From the NCBI GenBank assembly GCA_963747235.1, contig CAVVEU010000040.1, forward strand, positions 224,001-288,000: a DNA stretch of 64,000 bases, in the 5' to 3' direction. Made by a program: the position numbers and the translations under genes. The notes beneath the pieces were generated by a model that was not told where the DNA came from, searched no databases, and saw only the letters and a list, made by a program, of their open reading frames with translations. Positions 36,543-47,947 of this stretch are shown piece after piece; positions within the stretch are counted from its first letter, which is position 1; each line of letters opens with the position of its first letter. This DNA is from an uncultured Candidatus Rokubacteria bacterium (GTDB taxonomy: Bacteria > Methylomirabilota > Methylomirabilia > Rokubacteriales > CSP1-6).

Positions 36543-37577
36543 CTACTTGACGATGTTGGCGGTGAACCACTCGCGCCAGCCGGGAAGGTTCCTGGCCCGC
36601 ACGTCGTCGTTCAGGATGTAGCCCTTCTCCTTCCACTCGGCCGGGGTCAGGAAGATGCCCGGCTGGCCCCGGAAGGCGGCGGGCACGGTGGCGCCGCCGT
36701 TCACCGGCCCCGCCTTGAGCGCCTTCGCCAGCTCGGTCTGGATCTCCGTGGACAGGGCCAGGTTGATGAACTCCTGGGCCGCGTCCGCCTTCTTGGTGCC
36801 GGCCATCACCGACATGCAGTCGATCCCCACGATACCCGGATAGTCCTTGGGCTGGACCAGCTTGACCGCGATGCCCTGCTCCTGGAGGTGATAGGCGTTG
36901 ACCGACAGCATCACCTGCACCGGCGCCTGGCCGGTCTTCATCAGGTCCTGGCTCTGGGCGTCGGTCGAGTAGAAGGCCACGATGCTGGGCTTGAGCGCCT
37001 TGAGCCGCTCCTGGCCCTTCTGCCACGTCGTCTCGTTGCCACCCTCCATCAGGGCCGCGATCGTGATGATGTGCGAGGGGTCGAAGTCGGGCATCGCGAT
37101 CTTGCCCTTCAGCGACGGCTTCCAGAGATCCGACCACGACGTGATCTCCTCCTTCACCAGGTCCGGCCGGTACACGATCGTGTACACGTAGCTCCAGCCG
37201 CCCATCTGGAACTCGCTCCGCTGGGCCTCGCGCGCGGCCGCCTTCGCGTTCGGGAGCTTGGCCATGTCGAGCGGGGCGAAGAGCCCGTCCGAGACGTAGA
37301 GGCGTCCCACGTGGCTCGTGGTGAACGTGACGTCCACCAGCGGGCTACCCTTGGCCACCCGCGCCTTGGCGAGGCGGTCGATGGTGCCGCCCACCTCGAA
37401 CTCGACCGGCATGCCGGTCTTGGCGGTGAAGGCCTTCCCGATGACGCGATCCACGGTGTCCTTCCAGTTGCCGCCCCAGACGCTCACCACGAGCGAGTTC
37501 TGGGCGTGGGCGGGGGCGACGGCCCCGAAGCACAGCGCGAGCAGGGTCAACACGGCGAGGCGCGCGAGCATATGCAT
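36543..37577 (-). CDS. ABC substrate-binding protein (PotD/PotF-like)
   Basis: Signal peptide, LVVSVWGG, SWSDLWKP.LKGKI, FINLAL. Confidence 0.85.
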   Translation of the reverse strand: MHMLARLAVLTLLALCFGAVAPAHAQNSLVVSVWGGNWKDTVDRVIGKAFTAKTGMPVEFEVGGTIDRLAKARVAKGSPLVDVTFTTSHVGRLYVSDGLFAPLDMAKLPNAKAAAREAQRSEFQMGGWSYVYTIVYRPDLVKEEITSWSDLWKPSLKGKIAMPDFDPSHIITIAALMEGGNETTWQKGQERLKALKPSIVAFYSTDAQSQDLMKTGQAPVQVMLSVNAYHLQEQGIAVKLVQPKDYPGIVGIDCMSVMAGTKKADAAQEFINLALSTEIQTELAKALKAGPVNGGATVPAAFRGQPGIFLTPAEWKEKGYILNDDVRARNLPGWREWFTANIVK

Positions 37578-37582
37578 CTCTC

Positions 37583-38068
37583 CTATGGCGTGCGGGGTTG
37601 AGCGACCAGCGCCTGAGCGGCCGCCTCGATGGCCTCGACGATGAAGTGGTAGCCGGTGCAGCGGCAGAGGTGCCCGGCCAGCATCTCGCGGATCTCCTCG
37701 CGCGACGGCGCGGGCCGCTCGCGGAGAAACGCGCAGGCGCTCATGATGATACCAGGGGTGCAGTAGCCGCATTGCAGCCCGTGCTTGGCCCAGAAGGCTT
37801 CCTGGATCGGGTGGAGCCCGTCGGCGGGGGCGACGCCCTCGATCGTCGAGACACCATGGCCGTCCGCCTGCACCGCCAGCATCAGGCAGGCGCGCACCGG
37901 CTCGCCGTCGAGCAGCACCGTGCACGCGCCGCACACCCCGTGCTCGCAGCCCACGTGGGTGCCGGTGAGATCGAGGTCTTCTCTGAGGAAATCGGCCAGG
38001 GTCGCGCGCACCTCGACCGTGCGCTCGTGCGCCTGGCCGTTCACGGTCACCCGGATCGCCTTGTTCAC
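37583..38068 (-). CDS. (2Fe-2S) subunit of xanthine dehydrogenase family (CoxS-like)
   Basis: GCEHGVCGACTVL, QCGYCTPG, LCRCTGY. Confidence 0.92.
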   Translation of the reverse strand: MNKAIRVTVNGQAHERTVEVRATLADFLREDLDLTGTHVGCEHGVCGACTVLLDGEPVRACLMLAVQADGHGVSTIEGVAPADGLHPIQEAFWAKHGLQCGYCTPGIIMSACAFLRERPAPSREEIREMLAGHLCRCTGYHFIVEAIEAAAQALVAQPRTP

Positions 38069-38942
38069 GACGCGCTCCCTCCGCACCGCGCGAGCGCCGC
38101 GGTCAGCGTGCGCTCGGCCAGGGTGGCCGCCACCTGCCGCCGGTACGACGCGGTGGCGTGGATGTCGCCGTCGGGCGAGAGCCCCGCCGCCGCGGCGCGC
38201 GCGGCCTCGCCGATGAGGGCCGGCGTCGGCGCGCGGCCTTCCAGCGCCCGCTCCGCGGCCGCGCCCCGCATGGGCGTCCCGCCCGCGCCGAAGAAGGCCA
38301 GCCGCGCCCGCGCCACCGTGCCGTCGGCGGCGCGCGTGAGCACCGCCACCGCGCCCACCAGGGCGAAGTCGCCGTGGCGGCGCGAGACCTCCGCGAAGCC
38401 CCAGCCCGAGCCGGCCGGCGGCAGCGTGAAGCGCACCGCGGTGGCCAGCTCGTGGCCGCCGAGCGCGGTGGTCAGCGGGGCGCGGTAGAACCGGTCGGCC
38501 GGGATCATGCGCTCGCCCCGGGGCCCGCGCGCGACCACCACGCCGTCGAGGCAGAGCAGCAGCGCGGGCAGCTCCGAGGCCGGATCCGCGTGGACGAGAT
38601 TGCCCACCACCGTGCCGCGATTGCGGATCGGCGGGTGCGCCACCACCCGGAGCACACTCGGCGAAGAGCGGCGAGCCGGCCCGCCGCCCAGCGCTCGAGC
38701 GCGCGCTGGCGCACGAGGGCGCCGATGCTCGAGGATGCCGCGAGGCCTCGCGGATCCCGTCGAGTCCCCGCAGCCGGTTGATGTCCACCAGCACCGCCGG
38801 CCGCGCCAGCCGCAGCGCCAGCATCGGGATCAGGCTCTGGCCGCCGGCCAGGATCTTGGCGTCGTCGCCCGCGGTGGCCAGCGCGCCGATCGCGTCGTCG
38901 AGCGTGCGCCGGCGCCACGTAGTCGAACGGGGCGGGCTTCAT
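38065..38942 (-). CDS. FAD subunit of xanthine dehydrogenase family (CoxM-like), frameshifted
   Basis: MKPAPFDYVAP, LAGGQSLIP, IRNRGTVVGNLVHADPASE, RRHGDFA, DIHATASYR. Confidence 0.9.
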
Positions 38943-41307
38943 GCGGGCATCGCCTTCCGGGCCGCCGCCTGCTCGAGCAGCCCGAGCACCACCGACGGGC
39001 CCAGGGGCGTGCGGGTCACGCGCACGCCGAACGGGGCGAGCGCGTCCTCGACCGCGTTGGCGATGGCGGCGGGCGGCGAGATCGCCCCGCCCTCGCCGAT
39101 GCCCTTCAGGCCGAGCGGGTTCCGCGGCGACGGGTACTCGAGGTGCACGGTCTCGATCGGCGGCAGCTCCATCGCGGTCGGCACCAGGTAGTCCATGAAG
39201 GTCCCGGTCAGGAGCTGCGCCTGCTCGTCGTAGACCATCTCCTCCAGGAGCCCGCCGCCGACGCCCTGCGCGACGCCGCCGTGGATCTGGCCCTCGACGA
39301 TCACCGGATTGATGAGCGTCCCGCAGTCGTGGGCCACCAGGTAGCGGAGCAGCTTCACCGCCCCGGTGCCGATGTCCACGTCCACCACCGCGACGTGGGT
39401 GGCGCTCGTGTAGGTCACGGTCGGCTGGTGATGGTACACCGTCGCCTCGAAGTCGGGCGAGGCCACGCCGGGCTTGGCGAACGTGGGGATCGCGGCCCGG
39501 ATCACGCTGGCGAGCGGGATCGCCGAGGCCGGCACCCCGCGCACCGACACGACCCCGTCCGCCAGCTCGATGTCGGCGGGCGCGGCCTCGAGCAGCGCGG
39601 CGGCGGCCGCGATCAGCTTGTCTCGCACGCGGCCCGAGGCCTCGTGGATGGAGCTGCCCGCGTTGACCGCGCTGCGCGAGGCGAACGTGCCGACCCCGAA
39701 CGGGATCGCGGCGGTGTCACCGCCCACGATGGTCACCGCCTCGAGCGGGATGCCCAGCGCGTCGGCCGCGATCTGGGCGAACGAGGTCTCGTGCCCCTGC
39801 CCCTGGCAGCAGGCCCCGGTGGCGACCACCGCGTGGCCCGAGGCGTCGAGCCGCACCGTCGCGCCTTCGTAGGGCCCGATCGCGGTGCCCTCCACGTAGC
39901 TGGAGATGCCGATGCCGCGATGGATCCCCCGCTCGCGCAGCCGCGCCTGCTCGGCCCGCAGGGCGTCGTAGCCGACCGCGCGAAGGGCCGCCTCGAGGCC
40001 GGCCTTGAAGTCGCCGCTGTCGTAGACCAGCGGGTTGCCGTCGCGATACGGGATGCCGCAGCTCGTACGGCAGGTCGGCCGCGGACAGGAAGTTGCGCCG
40101 GCGCAGCTCGGCCGGGTCCATGCGCGAGCTCGCGCGCCAGGCAGTCCACGATGCGGTCCATCGCGAACACGGTCTCGGGGCGGCCCGCGCCGCGATAGGG
40201 CGCGTTCGGCGTCTTGGTGGTCACCACGCCGAGGCACTCGACGTCGAGGTTCGCCACGCGATGCGGGCCCAGCAGATGCGCCACCGTGTTGTAGGGCAGC
40301 ACGATGCCCCAGGAGTTGTAGGCGCCCAGGTCCACCCAGATGCGATCGCGCACGGCCAGCATGGTCCCGTCCCGCCGCGCCGCGATCTCGATGTCGTGCA
40401 CCTGGTGCGCGCGCGTGGGCCGAGCCCATCATGTGCTCGCGCCGGTCCTCGGTCCACTTCACCGGCCGGCGCGCCAGCGATGGCCGCGGCGGGGATCAGC
40501 AGGTCCTCCGCGTAGCCGTTGGCCTTGGTGCCGAAGCCGCCGCCCACGTCGGGGGCGATGACGCGGATCTTGTGCGGCGGCAGCCCGAGCGCGGCCACCA
40601 GGCCCTGCTGCACGAAGTGGACGACCTGGGTGCCGTTCCACGTGGTGAGCGTGCCGTCCCGCGCATCCCACTGGGCGACCACGCCGCGCGTCTCGATCGG
40701 CATGCCCACGTAGCGCGGGATCACGAAGCGCTCGCGCACCCGCGCGTCGGCCTGGCGGAAGGCCGCCTCGACGTCGCCGAAGCCCGGTCTTGAACGAGAG
40801 GGCGATGTTGTCGCCCCACGCCGGATAGAGCACGGGCGCGTCGGGCCGCGCGGCCGCCTCCACGTCGGCCAGCGCGGGCAGCGGCTCGTAGTCGACCTCG
40901 ATCAGCTCGCAGCCGTCCTCGGCCACCGCGCGGCCTGACGGCCAGCACCATGGCCACGATCTCGCCCACGTGCCGCGCCTCGTCCCGGCACATCGCGAGC
41001 TGGTGGGGCTGCTTCATGGTGACGACGACGCGCGCGGCCAGGCCGGGCGGGATCGCGCCGAAGAGCGGCAGCGGCTTCATCCACCGCTCGAGATCGGCGA
41101 AGGTGAAGACGTGGGCGACGCCGGGCGAGCCGCCGGGCCGCGTCGGTGCGGATCGCCGCGATGCGCGCGTGGGCGTGCGGGCTGCGCACGAACGCCGACG
41201 TGGAGCATCCCGGGCAGCTTGATGTCGTCCACGAAGCGGCCCTCGCCGCGGAGGTAGCGCGGGTCTTCCTTGCGTCTTACCGATGCTCCGAAGTACTTGG
41301 CGCCCAT
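38939..41307 (-). CDS. Molybdopterin-binding subunit of xanthine dehydrogenase family (CoxL-like), multiple frameshifts
   Basis: RKEDPRYLRG, RSPHAHA, PDVGGGFG, KWTEDR, PYRGAGRPE, GQGHET, TFASRS, EGQIHGG, KGIGEGG. Confidence 0.9.
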
Positions 41308-41344
41308 GTGTTCGCCTGGCGGCTCCTGTCTCCTGCGGACTTCG

Positions 41345-41492
41345 GTTTACTTCTTCAAGCTCTTCATCTGCGGGGGCCCAGACATGGCCCCCGCACTCCC
41401 CCATGGCGGACAACCGTTTACTTCTTGAAGCTCTTCATCTGCGGGGGCCCAGACATGGCCCCCGCACTCCCCCAGATGGCGGACAACCGTTT
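41345..41492. repeat. Tandem direct repeat (2 x 71-73 bp) containing a GGGGGCC-N6-GGCCCCC-type REP-like hairpin
   Basis: GTTTACTTCTT(C/G)AAGCTCTTCATCTGCGGGGGCCCAGACATGGCCCCCGCACTCCCCCA(GA)TGGCGGACAACC repeated at 41345 and 41416. Confidence 0.9.
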
Positions 41493-41510
41493 CGGCGCTT
41501 GGACTTCTGC

Positions 41511-42201
<691 letters not shown>

Positions 42202-42221
<20 letters not shown>

Positions 42222-42986
42222 CCGCTCCCAGGTAGGCGCGGATCACCTCGGGGTCGCGCTGCACCGCGGCCGGGTCCCCGTCGGCGATGAGCCGGCCGTA
42301 GTTCAAGACCAGCACGCGGTCCGAGATGCCCATGACCAGGCGCATGTCGTGCTCGACCAGGAACACCGTGATGCCCTCGTCGCGGATGCGGCCGATCAGC
42401 GCGGCCACCGCCATCTTCTCGGAGGCGGTCATGCCCGACGCGGGCTCGTCGAGCAGCAGCAGGCGGGGCCGCGCGGCCAGGCCGACCGCCAGCTCCAGCA
42501 GCCGCTGCTCGCCGTAGGAGAGCGCGGTGGCCGACTCCTCGCGGCGCGCCCCCAGGCCCACGAAGTCCATCACCCGATCCGCCTCCGCGCCGAGCTCGCC
42601 GCTCCTCGGCGCGCACCCGCCCGCGGGCCAGCAGCGCGGCGGTCACGCCCACGCGCCCGCGCAGGTGGAGGCCGGTGAGCACGTTCTCCCGCACCGTCAG
42701 CCCGGGGAAGAGGCTCGTCTTCTGGAAGGTGCGCACGAGGCCCCGCGCCGCGATGCGATGCGGCCGCCACCCGGTGATGGCCTGCGCCGTCGTGGTGCAC
42801 CGTCCCCTGGGTCGCGCGCTGAAACCCGGTGATCACATTGAACGCGGTGGTCTTCCCCGCGCCGTTGGGGCCGATCAGGCTCGTCACCGTGCCGGGCGCG
42901 ACCGCGAAGCTCACGCCGGCCAGCGCGGCCACGCCGCCGAAGCGCACCGTGAGATCCCGCGCCTCGAGCGTCACGACGGCCGCCAC
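42202..42986 (-). CDS. Branched-chain amino acid ABC ATP-binding protein (LivG-like), frameshifted
   Basis: GPNGAGKTT, RTFQ, LSYGEQR, DEPASG, VEHDM, AYLG. Confidence 0.88.
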
Positions 42987-43957
42987 CGCCGACGCAGGGC
43001 GGGCCAGCCGCCCGCAGGGCTGGCCAAGCTGCCCGCAGGGCTGGGACGATCCCCTCCGGCATGAAGAACAGCACCGCGATCAGCAGGACGCCGTAGAGCA
43101 GCATCTGCCACTGGTACGAGGTCAGCTCGCGCAGCACCTCCGGCAGCACCGTGAAGAGCACGGCGCCCACCACGGGCCCGGCCAGCGTCCCCTTGCCGCC
43201 CGCCACCACCATGATCACCATCGTGACCGTGTAGGTGAAGAGGAAGACCTCCGGGCTGACGAAGCGCGTGTAGTGCGCGTAGAGGCCGCCCGCGAAGCCG
43301 GCCATCGCGGCGCTCGCCACCGCGGCCAGCACCAGGTAGTGGGTCGCGTCGATCCCCACCGAGGCGGCGAGGGTCTCGTTCTCCCGGAGCGCCACCAGGG
43401 CGCGGCCGACCCGCGAGCGAATCAGACCCAGGCAGAGCAGATAGGCCAGCACCACCGCGGCCAGCACCAGGTAGTAGTAGGCGCTCTTGGTGCGCAGCGA
43501 CAGGGCGGCGAGCCCGGGCAGCGCGATCTCCACCGGCGGCACGCCCGGGATGCCGAGCGGCCCGTTCGTCAGGTCCATCCAGTTCACGCTCACCAGCGAG
43601 ACGCAGCCCGCGAAGGAGATGGTCAGCAGCACGAAGTAGGCGCCGCGCAGCTTCAGCGCGAGCCGGCCGATGACGTAGCCGGCCAGGCCCGGCAGCACGA
43701 TGGCGGCCAGCAGGCCGAGCCACGGCGACCACTCGAGCTTGACGCTCAGCAGGGCGGAGGCGTAGGCGCCGATGCCGAAGAAGGCGGCGTGGCCGAGCGA
43801 GAGCTGCCCGGTATAGCCCAGCAGGAGATTCAGGCTCAGCGCGAGCACCGCGAAGATGCCGGCCATGATCAGCGTGTGGAGGTGATACGGGTTCCACACC
43901 CAGGCGGGCGCGGTCAGGACAACCGCGATGCCGATCACGCGCGCGAGGACGCCTCAT
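42971..43957 (-). CDS. Branched-chain amino acid ABC permease (LivM-like)
   Basis: LNLLLGYTGQLSLGHAAFFGIGAY, LRGAYF, GGKGTLAGP, PEGI. Ends approximate. Confidence 0.88.
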   Translation of the reverse strand: MRRPRARDRHRGCPDRARLGVEPVSPPHADHGRHLRGARAEPESPAGLYRAALARPRRLLRHRRLRLRPAERQARVVAVARPAGRHRAAGPGRLRHRPARAEAARRLLRAADHLLRGLRLAGERELDGPDERAARHPGRAAGGDRAARARRPVAAHQERLLLPGAGRGGAGLSALPGSDSLAGRPRPGGAPGERDPRRLGGDRRDPLPGAGRGGERRDGRLRGRPLRALHALRQPGGLPLHLHGHDGDHGGGGRQGDAGRARGGRRALHGAAGGAARADLVPVADAALRRPADRGAVLHAGGDRPSPAGSLASPAGGWPALRRRWRPS

Positions 43958-44828
43958 CCCACGCGCTCGGCGCGGGCGAAGAGGCCCGAGGGGCGCAGCA
44001 GCAGCACCGCGACGATCATCAGGAAGCCGACCGCGTCGCGGTAGCCGGAGGAGATGTAGCCGGCGCCCAGCTCCTCCGCGATCCCCAGCACGAGACCGCC
44101 CAGCGCGGCGCCGCCGAAATTGCCCAGGCCCCCCAGGATGACCACCGAGAACGCCTTGAGCGAGGCCAGGTCGCCCATGGACGGGTAGAGCAGGAACACC
44201 GGGCCCAGCAACGCGCCCGCCGCCGCGGCCAGCCCGGCCCCGAACGCGAAGGTCACGGTGTGGATGCGCTCGATGCTCACCCCCATGAGCGCCGCGGTCT
44301 CCCGGTCCTGGAAGGTGGCGCGCATGGCGCGGCCGAGCTTGGTGCGGCTCAGCAGGAGATGCGCGCCCAGGATCAGGAGGCCCGAGACCACGAACACGAA
44401 GATGCGGAGCGGCGCCACCGACACCGCGCCCAGCACCACCGGCTGGGTGGGGAAGGGCGTGGGCACGCTCTTGGCCACCCCGCCCCAGCCGAGCAGCTCC
44501 GCGTTCTGCATCGCGATCCAGAGGCCGATCATGACGAGCATGACCGTGTCGATGGACTGGCCGCGCAGGGGTCGCAGCAGCACCCGCTCGCAGACCGCGC
44601 CCGGCCAGCGCGCCCGGCCACGATGGCGAGCGGGATCGCGAGGAAGAAGTGCACCGAGGCGAGCGCGAGCGCGGCGAACGCGGCGTAGGCCCCGAACGTG
44701 TAGAACTCGCCGTGGGCGAAGTTCACCACGTTCATCAGCCCGAAGACCAGCGTGAGGCCGATCCCGAGCAGGCTGTAGGTGGCGCCCAGCAGCAGCCCGT
44801 TCAGCAGGTGCTGGAGAAGCTGGTCCAA
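43954..44828 (-). CDS. Branched-chain amino acid ABC permease (LivH-like), frameshifted
   Basis: GLTLVFGLMNVVNFAHGE, GRAMRA, ILGGLG, RPSGLF. Confidence 0.88.
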
Positions 44829-44850
44829 GCGCCCGCGATCGCCGGTCGCG

Positions 44851-46020
44851 CTACTTCTTGGCCGAGAACGCCGGCAGCGCGATCTTGCCGTCCTTCACCT
44901 GGACGATGAAGATGCTGGGCTTGCTCTGCCCGCTCTCCTTGCCGGCCGGCCCGTCCTTCTCGAACTTGATGGGCCCGTTGACGCCCATCACGTTCACCTG
45001 CCAGAGCGCGGCCTGCACCGCCTTCGGATCCGCCTTGCCCGCGATGCGGATGCCCTCCACCGCGGTGAGCACGCCGTCGTGGCCGCGGAAGCCCTCGGTC
45101 AGCCCCTCGAAGGGATGGCCCCGCTTGGCCCACTCGTCCACGAAGGCCTTCGCCAGCTTGCCGTCGGGCATGGCCTCCGGGAACCACGGCAGGAAGAACA
45201 GGATGTGGTACGTCCCCTCCGCCGCCGCGCCCGCCTGCTTGATGAGCTGGGACGGCGACGAGCTGCCGCCGGTGGTGATGACCTTGCGGACGAGCCGCTG
45301 CTCCTGCGCCTGCTTCAGGACCAGCGTGATCTGCTCGACGCTCGTGGTGAGGAAGAGCGTGTCGGCGCCGCCCGCCTTCACCTTGGTGATCTGCGCGTTC
45401 ATGTCGGTGGCCGCCTGCTCCATGAACTCGGCGGTGCCCACCTGCGCGCCCGAGCGCTTGAGCAGGTCGCCGAAGGCCCCGACCGCGCCGCGGCCCCAGT
45501 CCGTGTTCACCGCGAGGAAGTCGGCCTGCTTGATCCCCAGGTCCTTCATGTACTTCTCGAGGCCGAGCGCTTCCATCTCGCTGGGCGGGCTGATGCGGAA
45601 GATCCACGGGTTGCCGCGCTTGGTGATGGTGGAGGCGCTCGAGGTCTCCACCACCATCGGCACGCCGTATTCCTCGAGCTTCGGCATGGCCGCGAGCGTC
45701 ATCGAGCTACCCCAGGCGCCCACGATCACCGGCACCTTGTCGCGCACGATCAGCTTCTCGGCCGCGGTGGCGGCTTCCTTCGGGTCGGACTTGTTGTCCT
45801 CGATCAGCAGCTCGACCTTGCGGCCGAGCACGCCGCCCTTGGCATTGATCCAGTCCCGCCCGATCTCGGCGCCCATCCGGACGTAGTTGCCGGAGGCGGC
45901 CACCGAGCCCGACAGCGGCTGGATGACGCCGATCTTCACGGCTTCCTGGGCGGGCGCCGGCGCCGCGAGCGCGGCGACGACGGACAGCGCGACGAACAGG
46001 GCTCGGATTGCCTGCTTCAT
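44851..46020 (-). CDS. Branched-chain amino acid ABC substrate-binding protein (LivK-like)
   Basis: Signal peptide, KIGVIQPLSG, INAKGGVLG, WIFR. Confidence 0.9.
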   Translation of the reverse strand: MKQAIRALFVALSVVAALAAPAPAQEAVKIGVIQPLSGSVAASGNYVRMGAEIGRDWINAKGGVLGRKVELLIEDNKSDPKEAATAAEKLIVRDKVPVIVGAWGSSMTLAAMPKLEEYGVPMVVETSSASTITKRGNPWIFRISPPSEMEALGLEKYMKDLGIKQADFLAVNTDWGRGAVGAFGDLLKRSGAQVGTAEFMEQAATDMNAQITKVKAGGADTLFLTTSVEQITLVLKQAQEQRLVRKVITTGGSSSPSQLIKQAGAAAEGTYHILFFLPWFPEAMPDGKLAKAFVDEWAKRGHPFEGLTEGFRGHDGVLTAVEGIRIAGKADPKAVQAALWQVNVMGVNGPIKFEKDGPAGKESGQSKPSIFIVQVKDGKIALPAFSAKK

Positions 46021-46103
46021 GACCGACCTCCTCTGACCCTTACCTGGTTAGGTTCGTCCGCCACGCTGCGGTGTTCTAGGAATCGCGTAGTTATCCTATG
46101 TTT

Positions 46104-46160
46104 CATGTCACATGTCAAACGAAGACCCCGATTGACATTGCCGCAGGCCGCCCCAAGAAT
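46104..46160 (+). promoter_or_regulatory. GntR promoter/operator region
   Basis: CATGTCACATGTCA (tandem and palindromic) at 46104-46117, then TTGACA-N17-AAGAAT ending 8 bp before the GntR ATG. Confidence 0.5.
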
Positions 46161-46168
46161 ACGGCACC

Positions 46169-46884
46169 ATGCCACCCGCGAGATCCACCGCGCCCCGCGC
46201 CCCGATCACGCCGCTCATGCACGAGAGCCTCGGCGAGCGAGTATACCGGACCGTCCGCGACCTGATCCTGAGCCAGGTCTTCCCGCCCGGCTCCAAGCTC
46301 AATGTCGAGCAGATCTGCCGCGACCTGGGCGTGAGCCGCACCCCGGTCTGGGACACGATGCGGCGGCTCGAGAGCGAGGGCCTGGTCAACACGGTGCCCC
46401 GCCACGGCGTCTTCGTGCTGAACTACGGCGCCGACCAGATCCGCGATCTCTTCGCGGTGCGCGGCGCACTGGAAGCCCTCGCGGTGCGCCAGGCCGCGCG
46501 AGAATCTGGACGACGACGCGCGCGGCGCGCTCGAGGCGGCCGTGGCAGGAGATGGAGCGCGCGGCCGGCGCGGCCGAGATCGAGCAGTACTCGCGCGCGG
46601 CCATCGACTTCCACGACCGCGTGCTCGTTGCGGCGCGGAACCCGGTGCTCAGCCGGCTCCTCGAGAACGTCTACGCCCAGATCCTGGTCCTGCGCCTGCG
46701 GTCGCTCTACCTGCCCGAGCGGGTCGAGTCGAGCGTGGCCGAGCACCGCGAGATCTTCGAGGCGGTGCTGGCCGGCGACGCCGAGCGCGGCGAGCGCCTC
46801 GCCCGGGCCCACGCGGAGCACGTGCTGCAGGACGCGCTCGAGTTCACACGCCGGCGGCCCGAGCACGCGAGCCTCACGTCATGA
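46169..46884 (+). CDS. GntR (FadR/FCD) family transcriptional regulator, frameshifted
   Basis: VYRTVRDLI..PGSKL..LGVSRTPV...LESEGLV; FCD domain FHDRV..A.N..L, EHREIFEAV..GD. Confidence 0.9.
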
Positions 46885-47947
46885 GCGCCGCAGGCCGGGA
46901 CGCCCTGGGATCGCTACGCCGCGGCGCTGCCGGCGCATCGCGGCCGCGGTGGGCCGCACCCCGCTCGTGCGCCTGAACCGCCTCACCCGCGACGTGACGC
47001 CCGCGATCTACGTGAAGGTGGAGTGGTACGGGGCGACCGGCAGCCTCAAGGACCGCATCTATCTCCACATGTTCGAGCGGGCGGAGGCGCGCGGCGATCT
47101 CAAGCCGGGCATGCAGGTGCTCGAGTGCTCGACCGGCAACGCGGGGATCGCCTGCGCCTGGGTCGTCGGCGGTCAAGGGCTACCCCTGCACCATCGTGAT
47201 GCCGGAGGGCATGAGCGAGGAGCGCAAGAAGATCATGCGCGCCTACGGCGCCGAGCTGGTCTTCACCCCGGGCGGCGAGAGCGACGTGGATCTCTCGCTC
47301 GAGCGGCTCGCGGCAGATCCGCGACGCCGACGCCGGGGCGCTACTGGGTGCCGGGCCAGTTCGACAACCCGGACAACGTCGAGGCCCACGTCCTCACCAC
47401 CGGGCCCGAGCTCTGGGAGCAGATCGGGCGGCCGCATCGGCGCCTTCGTGGACTCGCAGGGCTCGGGCGGCCTGCTCACCGGGGTCGGCCGCTACCTGCG
47501 GAGCCGCGACCCCCAGGTGAAGCTCTACGCGGTCGAGCCCGCCGAGTGCGCGCTGCTCTCGCGCCGGGCGTGGGGCCATCACGGCATCGAGGGCATCGGC
47601 GACGGCTTCGTGCCCCGCAACCTCGACGTCTCGCTGCTCACCGGCGTGATCACCACCACCACCGAGGAGAGCGTGGACATCGCCCGGCGGCTCGCGCGCG
47701 AGGAAGGCCTCTTCTGCGGCATCTCGAGCGGCTGCAACGTGGCCGCCGCGCTCAAGCTCGCCCGCCGGCATCCCGGAGCTGCCGTCGATGGTGACGATCC
47801 TCAACGACACCGGCCAGCGCTACTTCACGACGCCCGCTCTGCGGGGAGGCCAAGCACGTGGACATCCCGGAGCGGGAGCATCCGCTGGATCCCTACACCG
47901 TCGAGCAGCTCGACCGCTACCAGAAGACCTGGGAAGTGCTCGCGTGA
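46881..47947 (+). CDS. PLP-dependent cysteine synthase family protein, frameshifted
   Basis: VGRTPLVRL, TGSLKDR, STGNAG, SEERK, QFDNPDN, HVLTTGPE, GSGG, IEGIG, EEGLFCGISSG, DTGQRY. Confidence 0.85.

Noticed and set aside
37583-41307. Aerobic CO dehydrogenase
   Set aside because: The active-site loop is PYRGAGR rather than AYxCSFR, the order is L-M-S, and there are no coxDEFG accessory genes.
41345-41492. CRISPR array
   Set aside because: Only two contiguous units of about 72 bp, no unique spacers, no cas genes.
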